A stretch of DNA of 64,000 nt from assembly GCA_013265495.1 (NCBI GenBank), contig MU058718.1, positions 2,046,001 through 2,110,000 of the forward strand, written 5' to 3'. The notes beneath the pieces were generated by a model, which had not been told where the DNA came from, did no database searches, and worked only from the letters and a program-made list of their open reading frames with translations. The DNA comes from Vicugna vicugna (lineage: Eukaryota). This document shows positions 41,601-64,000 of this stretch, piece by piece; the stretch's first letter is position 1, and each line of letters opens with the position of its first letter. Both the position numbers and the translations under genes were made by a program.

Positions 41601-44093
41601 AAGGGTTTGAACTTCATCCTCAAAACAATAGGAAATCACAGCAGTTTTAAAGGAATGACAACCTTTTTGCAAATTGATCTAAAAGCTAAATTTTTGCTAG
41701 TACTGTCCTATCTAAAGAGTGTTCTGCCCAGTATTTCAAGAAACCTGAAAGTAGTATTTTTATAGAGGTGACAGGATCATCAAGCTACCATAACTTAATT
41801 ACATCAATCATTAAGAGCCTTTACTGAAATCTCTTTAATTTCAACTAAAGCAAGATTTGGATTGTGATTAGTAGTGTTTGCTATGTGGAAGAAACTATGC
41901 TGGCTGGTCACCATAACCACATAAGACCATTTGACACTTTACGTATCTCACTGGAAATTAGAATATTAACATACTGTTTTATTAGTCAGTTTATCATGAG
42001 TAACTATATGTCCTATTTAATGGTTATAGCTTTCTCTGCCCAGAAAGCACCCTCCATATTCTGTGGAAATGCTCCTATGGTTTTGGTGGGAGGGCTATCT
42101 ATAATAAACTTTACTCCCCTAGCCCAGGAAGTAAGTATATGACCTACACTGGACTTACTGTATTCACACCTTTCTGGCTCTCTTGACTGATCCAAAGGAT
42201 GGGCACATGACCTAAGTTGGGCTAGATTTTAAACATTGAAGCTTAGAGAAAGGCACTTTTATTCTTCAATGTGCAAGCAATAAGGGTGTGACCCTGGAGC
42301 AACTGATGGCCAAACTCCATACCTGTGGAGAAGCCCAAGAAACAAAAGAGACCCTGAGAAAAAGTAAAAACAATCATGAATGAAAGGCACAATGAGTTCT
42401 AATGCATTATAATACCATCTAGTCAAGTCCCTGAGATCAGCTGCACTCCAAACTTTCTGGATTTAGTGACTTTTCTTTTTTGCTTAAGCTCCTCTGGTTT
42501 TTGCCACCTGCAACCAAAAGATAACAAATATCCAACACTATGAAATAAGGAATGAATTGATTTTCAGTAGATAATGTGTACATCGTTATGTACTAGCTTC
42601 AAGCATTACTTCTGTCCCACACAGGAAAGGAGCCATATTCCTAACAAGATTTTATCATCTTTGCAGGGATAAGCTATATTATTTACACAATAAGAGATTA
42701 AATGCAAAGTCTGTAAACATTTTAAACTAGAACTATTAAGATTAGAACAGAGAAGAATTAAGGTGTATTAAAAAAGGGCAATGAATTAAGGATCAGGAGA
42801 CCAAGGTCTTTATTGTCTCTTATGCTAGGTATACCATTTATTCTTAGTTAAGCTACAGTTTCTTCACCTGAAAAGTGGGAATGCTCTACATCATGTCTAA
42901 GGTTGCTACTAGTACTGAAATTACTGAATCATTTTGAGGATATAAAAGCATACTCCTCATTTACATTATTCCATATAAAAGAAAGAAAAAAGTGTAAATT
43001 TGCTTTTAAACTAATCTAAATTGGGACTTCCCCCTCCTATTTAAGAACCAACTCTTAAAACATGAAATTCTCAAGGATTACTATCACAAGCAAAAGATCC
43101 TCCAAATAAAAAATGTGAACCACAAATGAAGATATTCAATAGAATAAATACTTGGTATAAGTTAAATGGTCTCTTAAAAATACAAATTTTAGATTTCCTC
43201 TTTCTTGATCCAACTAAAGCATAACTGAATATCCTTGCCTATTATTCAGTCTTCAGAAAAATTCTAATTTAGTAGTCTGTAATACCATAAAGTACTTTAA
43301 ACTAGGAATAGATGGGGGGGAAAACTCAATACAAACGTCAGGCAGGGAGTAAGTACAGAGTGGGATAAAAATAACTCCGAATTGTAAATCAGGAGACCAA
43401 GTCATAAAGAATTTTATTCACAATATTAACTTCCTTCCATAGGGCAAGTTTTTTGAGTGAAGCTTTCAGATACAAATCAGTAAATCTTGTGACATTTTAT
43501 TCAGCTAGTCCCGGCTTACCTCAAAAAAACCAAAAACCAAACCAAACCAAAACAAACCAACTACGCCGGGAAACTTTTTGAAGGCACACTTTCAAGTTCA
43601 GGCCCCAGATCTATTCCACACGTGAGGCCATGTGTCCCACAAGTGAATCGATGACACCAAGGATAACCCCTCAAAATGAAATTAAAAACATCACCCTCCC
43701 ACTGCTTTGGCAGTTAAAAGCGGAACCTTACTTCAAGCGAGTCCCCGACGCCGAACCTAGGAGGGAAAGGACTGCTTTTGCTCATCTCCATGAACTAAGC
43801 GGACCAGAGCCGGCCCCCGCGCCGGCGTCTCAGGAGGGGAAGAGAAACTCAGTGAGCCAGGGTCAGAGCTGACGGCCCCCGAGCACGAGGCTCCGTCCCA
43901 GGGTCCCGGGACGCCCCTCGGGAGGCAACCGGGTTTCTGCGGAGCTGGAGGCTTCGACGGTTGGGGCCTGGAGTCGCCGCTCGGCCGAGGAGCCACAAGG
44001 GGAGGCCTGTGCGTGGCAGTCACCGGACAGACTCACCTCGGCGTCTTCTTTGCACTGTGGGAGCGAGGGGAACTCCAGCTTCACGTCCTCCAT
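13235..44093 (-). CDS. STYX: Serine/threonine/tyrosine-interacting protein (catalytically inactive dual-specificity phosphatase), complete CDS complement(join(13235..13308,15615..15708,23590..23662,25460..25510,25601..25640,26060..26096,26484..26544,28584..28681,32327..32380,33766..33798,44037..44093)), 672 nt, 223 aa
   Basis: Spliced translation MEDVKLEFPSLPQCKEDAE|EWTYPMRREMQ|EILPGLFLGPYSSAMKSK|LPILQKHGITHIMCIRQNIEANFIKPNFQQLFR|YLVLDIADNPVENIIRFFPM|TKEFIDGSLQSGG|KVLVHGNAGISRS|AAFVIAYIMETFGMKYR|DAFAYVQERRFCINPNAGFVHQLQ|EYEAIYLAKLTIQMMSPLQIERSLSVHSGTTG|SLKRTHEEEDDFGNMQVATAQNG* matches STYX. All introns are GT-AG and the lengths sum to 672. Confidence 0.98.
15615..15708 (-). CDS. STYX: STYX coding exon 10
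   Basis: ttttag|GAATATGAA...ACCACAG|gtaagg; EYEAIYLAKLTIQMMSPLQIERSLSVHSGTT(G). Confidence 0.96.
17180..18795 (+). mobile_element. L2 LINE fragment
   Basis: Pyrimidine-rich L2 motifs (CAAGGGCACCAATGACTTC, CAATCCATCAGCAAATCCTGT, TGCAATAGCCTCCTAACT); boundaries approximate. Confidence 0.75.
17883..17983 (+). mobile_element. tRNA-Ala-derived SINE (vic-1-like) inserted into an L2
   Basis: A box TAGCTCAGTAGTAGAG, B-box-like GGATTCAACCC, A-rich tail, imperfect TSD AAACTTCA(TG/CA)CAG. Confidence 0.85.
18800..22960 (+). mobile_element. Ancient degenerate L1 (L1M-type) fragments in STYX intron 9
   Basis: Long A-rich, purine-biased tract with recognisable L1 ORF1/ORF2/3' motifs (TTTTATATCTAGCCAACTGTCATTCAAA, ACCAATGGAACAGAATACAAAG, GACCCAGCAATTCCACT). 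No intact ORF; boundaries approximate. Confidence 0.7.
20317..20472. mobile_element. MER2-like Tigger MITE nested in L1
   Basis: TA-flanked, TIR-like ends TACAATCAGCCCTCTGTAT / ATACTGAGGGATGACTGTA; internal GAACTTGAGCATCC...GGTCCTGGAACCAATCCCCCATGGATACTGAGGG. Confidence 0.75.
23590..23662 (-). CDS. STYX: STYX coding exon 9
   Basis: tttcag|AGATGCATTT...CTTCAG|gtaact; DAFAYVQERRFCINPNAGFVHQLQ. Confidence 0.96.
23815..24045 (+). mobile_element. Degenerate MIR SINE
   Basis: AACTTCTCTAAGCTTTATTTTTCTTGTCTATTAATTGGGGATTACAATAATTCCTATCT matches the MIR core. Confidence 0.6.
24380..24860 (-). mobile_element. L2 LINE fragment
   Basis: Purine-rich reverse L2 text beginning AGCATTTGAATATCTACTATGTGTCAGGCA. 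Confidence 0.55.
25460..25510 (-). CDS. STYX: STYX coding exon 8
   Basis: cttcag|TGCTGCC...AAGTACAG|gtaaga; AAFVIAYIMETFGMKY(R); the upstream intron is 90 nt. Confidence 0.96.
25601..25640 (-). CDS. STYX: STYX coding exon 7 (inactive P-loop)
   Basis: tttcag|GAAAAGTT...TCCAGGAG|gtatga; KVLVHGNAGISR(S). Confidence 0.96.
26060..26096 (-). CDS. STYX: STYX coding exon 6
   Basis: cttcag|ACTAAAGAG...AGTGGAG|gtaaat; TKEFIDGSLQSG(G). Confidence 0.96.
26484..26544 (-). CDS. STYX: STYX coding exon 5
   Basis: tttcag|ATATTTAGTC...CCCATG|gtaggt; YLVLDIADNPVENIIRFFPM. Confidence 0.96.
28584..28681 (-). CDS. STYX: STYX coding exon 4
   Basis: tttgtag|CTACCTATA...TTATTTAG|gtaaga; LPILQKHGITHIMCIRQNIEANFIKPNFQQLF(R). 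Confidence 0.96.
29080..29275 (+). mobile_element. Degenerate MIR SINE
   Basis: TGGTTAAAGGCATGGGTTTTGAAGTCA...CTCAGTTTTCTCACATGAAAATGAGG. Confidence 0.65.
29972..30327 (+). mobile_element. MaLR solo LTR (MLT1A-like)
   Basis: Starts TGTTATGGACTGAATGTCTGTGTCC, contains GCCATGTGAGGATGCAGCAAGAAGGC and CAGACTCCAGCCTC, ends TATGGTGTTTTATTACAGCAGC...CTAAGA. Confidence 0.8.
31898..31952. repeat. Compound (CT)n(CA)n(CT)n microsatellite
   Basis: Read directly from the sequence. Confidence 0.9.
32327..32380 (-). CDS. STYX: STYX coding exon 3
   Basis: ccctag|GAAATTTTA...AGCAAG|gtatga; EILPGLFLGPYSSAMKSK. Confidence 0.96.
33766..33798 (-). CDS. STYX: STYX coding exon 2 (33 nt)
   Basis: tttaag|GAGTGGACC...ATGCAG|gtatga; EWTYPMRREMQ. 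Confidence 0.96.
35140..35735 (-). mobile_element. Ancient L1 3' region
   Basis: Reverse-strand L1 text (GTGAGATTCATCCATGTT, TTCCAGGTTTTGGCAATTATGAATAAAGGTGCTATGA). Confidence 0.75.
36100..38400 (+). mobile_element. Ancient nested L1 fragments in STYX intron 1
   Basis: L1 ORF2/3' UTR motifs (GAAAATTAAAAACTTCTGCTC, TGCTCAACATCATTAGTC...AAATTAAAACCAC, AGCAATTCCACTACTAGG); boundaries approximate. Confidence 0.75.
38551..38617. repeat. Compound (TAA)n(TGA)n microsatellite
   Basis: About 12 TAA units followed by about 10 TGA units. Confidence 0.95.
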
Positions 44094-44630
44094 GGTCCCG
44101 GCCCGCGAGCTTGTGGGTGGGGTGGGTTGGGAGTGGGGGTTACCCGGCCGGCCCGACCCTCGAGCTGGCAGTGGCGGTGAGAGGAAGCAGGGCGGGTAGA
44201 CCGAAGGACTGAAGGGCAGACAGCGGGTTTACACTAAAACACGCAGACTAAAGGGTCCCAGTCACTCCGGCGGCGGCGGCGGCGACAGCCGGGAAGAGGA
44301 GGGTTGGGCGGCTCGTGCCCGGCCGCCATGCTGCTGCCGTTTCCCTTCCCCCCGAGTCTCCGCGCCCCTCAGGCCGCCCAGGCTCCGGCACCAGCACGAG
44401 CCCTACAACCGTCTCCCCTCCTTCCCCACAACCCTCCCTGCGCCGCCCCAGCCAATCCCAGCCCACGCTCGCCTTCGGCCCGCCCCCCGCGGCCGCCAGG
44501 TGTCAGCGCGCCGCCGCCCCGCCCCTAAGCCAGAGCGCAGACGCGGGGGGCGGGGCCCCGGAGGCGCCGCGGCGGGAGCTCACCGGGTGAGGAGGAGGTG
44601 GGCCTGCGGCAGGAGGGAAAGAACGACGAA
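43720..44630 (-). promoter_or_regulatory. STYX: CpG island / STYX promoter and 5' UTR
   Basis: The only GC- and CpG-rich stretch in an otherwise AT-rich window. It has (GGC)n at about 44268-44284 and GC boxes (GGGGCGGGG at about 44547-44555, CCGCCC) and surrounds the STYX ATG. Boundaries are approximate. Confidence 0.9.
44037..44093 (-). CDS. STYX: STYX coding exon 1
   Basis: gggaccATGG (good Kozak), MEDVKLEFPSLPQCKEDAE, donor GAG|gtgagt; lies inside the CpG island. Confidence 0.97.
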
Positions 44631-46212
44631 ATCAGCTCTGCCCTTTCCAACAAGGCGCAGATCCCTTCTTTGGTATATGAATGGGCAAGAATCCTAGGCA
44701 CCATAAACTGCCATACGAAAAGAAACTAGTTTCTCCTCTCTCAGAATCCTGCGCAATCTGTAGTGAGGTTATAACTAAAGGAGTGATGAATGAAGTTCAC
44801 CTTAAAATTATTATGCTAAACAGAAAATGAAACACCATTATTTTTTAACGCATCGAAACGGTGTACTTTAACGAGTACTTAGGAATATGACAACTAGAAA
44901 ATCTTAAGGCCGGCAAGTAGAAAAAATCCTTAGAAACAGAAACAATTGATAACTCAGTAAGTTGTAAACAATACTGAAGAAAGGTCTCTTCCTTTAACAC
45001 TTCAACGTTTTATTAAACTATATGACTTTCAATATCTTTTTTAAAAAGTTTGAGTCAGTTAATGCTATATTGTTAATAAAGTTTAGGTATATGATACTTT
45101 CTCTGGGCATAGGAGATACTGTGATCTTTTTTTGTTCTAAACAGATGAGGAAAATCAAGCTTAGAAGTGGAAGAATCCACACTTAAACTTGCAAGGTTTG
45201 TACAATAAACTGATTCTTTAAAAAACCACCAGCACCTCCACCAAAGTAAACAGGCAAGAAAGTCATTCATTAACTGAACTGCACATTACAATGGATAAAG
45301 TAAAAAGGACCACATGGGTATTTGACCTAAACTTGACAAACATTCTATTATTTTTTATAATCATATTTATGAAATACACTATCAACATACATAGAAATAG
45401 AACTGTTCAATAATTTGAGTATTAAATGGCTAGCTTGAGGGCTCCATCTTCTCTACCGCTATGTAAACTGTTCTCTCAATTTAAAATTATAAAAAGGCAC
45501 ACAATACTCTGCTAGTAAGTTTTTAACTTGAAGAATGATTATATAATTACCTGAGTCATAAATCCTTCATTCTTAGTGTTTGTGGAACTGAAGTCAAGAT
45601 TTTAACAGCATCTTTAATAATAACATAATTTTAATTGATGTCCAATGATAATTTCCTATTTGTAATTTGTTAAAGCTTTAATTGCCACATAATATGAGAA
45701 AAGAATTGTGTATAGGTAACAGAACTTTTGTTTTGAACATTTCTGACATCAACATCCCCTACATCAGACACTCTTAGCCTGGTATCCATAGATACCTATA
45801 TAGAGCCCATGGGTGAGCTTGGGAAATAATAAAGTCTCAAGTTTTAGTATATGCAAAATTAGGCATGTTATGTGTGAATTTTTCTGAGAAGAGGGGAGGG
45901 TACAGACCTTAACATCCTCATTTCAAATAAATCAAGGAAACCAAGCCACATTTATTAGCAATTACTTTGAATCATAATCTATAGAAAAAAAAGGTTATGG
46001 ATGTGCATGTACTATTTCAATTAACTACCACACAGCCTAATTACAGGAGGAAAAGAATAAACACTTTCTAGAAGGAGGAATATAGATATAGAATACACAC
46101 ATCTATGTTAATTTAACAAGATGTTTATACTTCCTAAAGAATTCAATGTACCATAGTAAATGTAGTCTCATAAAAGACAAGAATATATGTAGGAGAACTG
46201 AATCAAACAGAT

Positions 46213-46525
46213 TTTATTAAACTTTTTAGGATGAGGAAAACAAATGATATAAAATAAGTCATAAGAAATGCTCTCTGGTACTACTATCTCAAACCACATT
46301 AAATGTTTTACAAAATACACAGCAAATATGAAAAGCTTCAACATACTCTTCTTTTATAACTTCTGCTGCAATAAATGCAACATTAACAAACATACAAATT
46401 TCTTCTATACTTCTTAAAAGTAGAATTATTGAACTAATTTTTACAATGTTATTCATACATATTTTTATTCATACGCTTTTAATGAGATCATTGCCAATAC
46501 ATACATTATTTTCCTTAACTTTATT
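46213..46525 (-). terminator. PSMC6: Candidate PSMC6 polyadenylation signals
   Basis: Minus-strand AATAAA at 46525..46520, 46469..46464 and 46218..46213, downstream of the stop codon. Which is used cannot be told from sequence. Confidence 0.55.
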
Positions 46526-46576
46526 TTTACATTAAGCCAGTATCTGTCATGCAGCCATCAAAAACCTTATAGTAAA

Positions 46577-62586
<16,010 letters not shown>

Positions 62587-63565
62587 CTAATTTTGTTAAC
62601 AAAAAAAAAGTGTTACATAAACACTTGAAAAGAGGAATAACACTCTAACAACAGCATATTCAGAAGGCAAATAATCATTTTTACCCTTCAGAGAGAACAC
62701 TAATTAATAGTAGATTATAAACACCATGTCAACAGAAAGTCTTTTAAAAGTAGTAACTCAAAGTTGTTTCCATCTGCCCCTTAAAAGAGTACCCTTTTGT
62801 GTAACCTCAGTGTGAAATGTGAAATCACTAATATACAAAGTCTGACTTGTCAAGGGCCTTGTTTTTAAAGAAGGAATGGACCACAGTATTTTACTTTCAA
62901 AAACTCATTATTTAACATAGTTTTGCTCATTATTTTGATTTAAGCACTGTAATACAGTGATTTCAGCAACTGGTACCAAAGCATTTATACAGAAATCTGT
63001 TAGTGAACATTTTGGGGGAAGGAAAGGGAAGCATCTTAAGGTGTGCTCATCATATTTATTTTAAAACTACAGCTTTTGGGAAGAATGTGTTATGTGATCA
63101 TAGGAGTTAAGGGAGAAAAAATCCCCTCTGAGATTTTTATTAAAATGTTACAGAACAAACAAAAAATCCAGCAACCATCACTCATCCCTTTGCTACATGC
63201 CAGACACTGCCAGACATTATGGTAAATACATTATATATATATATCAGGTTGAATCACACTAAACAATTTACTGGCATACTTAGGCCGGGTAACTTAGTTG
63301 GGTAAAATTGGAACAGAATTTATCCAATAGATTCAAATCACACTCAGGCTGTAACTTTTCAAACATAAAGGTTACCTTTTGATAGTTTGAAAAACTGCTT
63401 GCCAATACAATTTCAGAATCACACAAATTACTGAACACTTTTCACAGGATTTTGCAAAGAGCTCTTAGTTTAGGATTCAGTGCCAATTAAAATGAAATGG
63501 AGGCAGGCAAAATACTAGATTTAATATAATGGATTAAGCTTAAAAAAAAAAAATGCCAGAAATAG

Positions 63566-64000
63566 CAGTTCCCCCTTATCCATGTTTTGTTACCTGAGGT
63601 CTGAAAATATTACATGGAAAATTTCAGAAGTAAACAATTCATAAGTTTTAAGTTTTGTGTTATTCTCAGTAGTGTGATAAAAGTTATGTCCTTGAGACAT
63701 GAATCATCCCTTTGTCCAGTGTATCCCTCCCGCTAGTCACTTAGTAGCCCTCTTGGTTATGAAATTCACTATCTTGGAATCCTGTGGCCAGTAATCCTTA
63801 CTTTATTTAATAATGGCCCCAAAGCACAAGAGTAGAGATAGCGGCCATTTAGATATGCCAAACAGAAGCTGCACAGTGCTTCCTTGAAGTGAAAAGGAGA
63901 AAGTTCTCAACTTAATAAGGAAACAATAAAAAACATATGCTGAGATCTACAGTAAGAACAAATCTATCCCTGAAATTGTGAAGAGGGAGAAAGAAAACTG
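63566..64000 (+). mobile_element. MER44/Tigger7-like DNA transposon fragment, running off the window end
   Basis: CAGTTCCCCCTTATCC...GGTCTGAAAATATTACATGGAAAATTTCAGAAGTAAACAATTCATAAGTTTTAA...TGAATCATCCCTTTGTCCAG...ATAATGGCCCCAAAGCACAAGAGTAG. Confidence 0.75.

Noticed and set aside
43630..44697. Cluster of overlapping Pro/Arg/Gly/Ala-rich ORFs on both strands
   Set aside because: Expected from stop-codon scarcity in a CpG island. Only the first 19 codons of 43863..44093(-) are real (STYX exon 1).
45073..45270. 65-aa minus-strand ORF between PSMC6 and STYX, followed by AATAAA
   Set aside because: No recognisable homology or promoter, and ORFs of this length arise by chance. An alternative PSMC6 terminal exon cannot be supported without RNA data.

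Overview
Mammalian, AT-rich, intron-rich genomic DNA. The tRNA-Ala-derived SINEs and the L1 3' ends point to a camelid (alpaca/camel); this is an inference. The window holds three spliced genes in the order known from other mammals. GNPNAT1 (+) has a complete CDS of 5 coding exons (1933..7216, 184 aa). STYX (-) has a complete CDS of 11 coding exons (44093..13235, 223 aa, pseudophosphatase) with a CpG-island promoter at about 43.7-44.6 kb. PSMC6/Rpt4 (-) is partial, with exons 5-14 by human numbering (62586..46577) and its 5' part beyond the window. All exons were read by hand and have GT-AG boundaries with consistent phases. The rest is L1, L2, MIR, MaLR LTR and DNA-transposon fossils, young SINEs and microsatellites. 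The main anomaly is an apparently perfect 1,998-bp tandem duplication (53867..55864 / 55866..57863, joined by one extra A). It duplicates PSMC6 exons 8-10 (end of Walker A through Walker B) and would frameshift an essential gene if both copies are spliced in. It is either an assembly artefact or a very recent structural allele. I found no support for a new biological system. The other findings are small: a minimal TPRT insertion, facing poly(A) signals, and template-switch micro-duplications.
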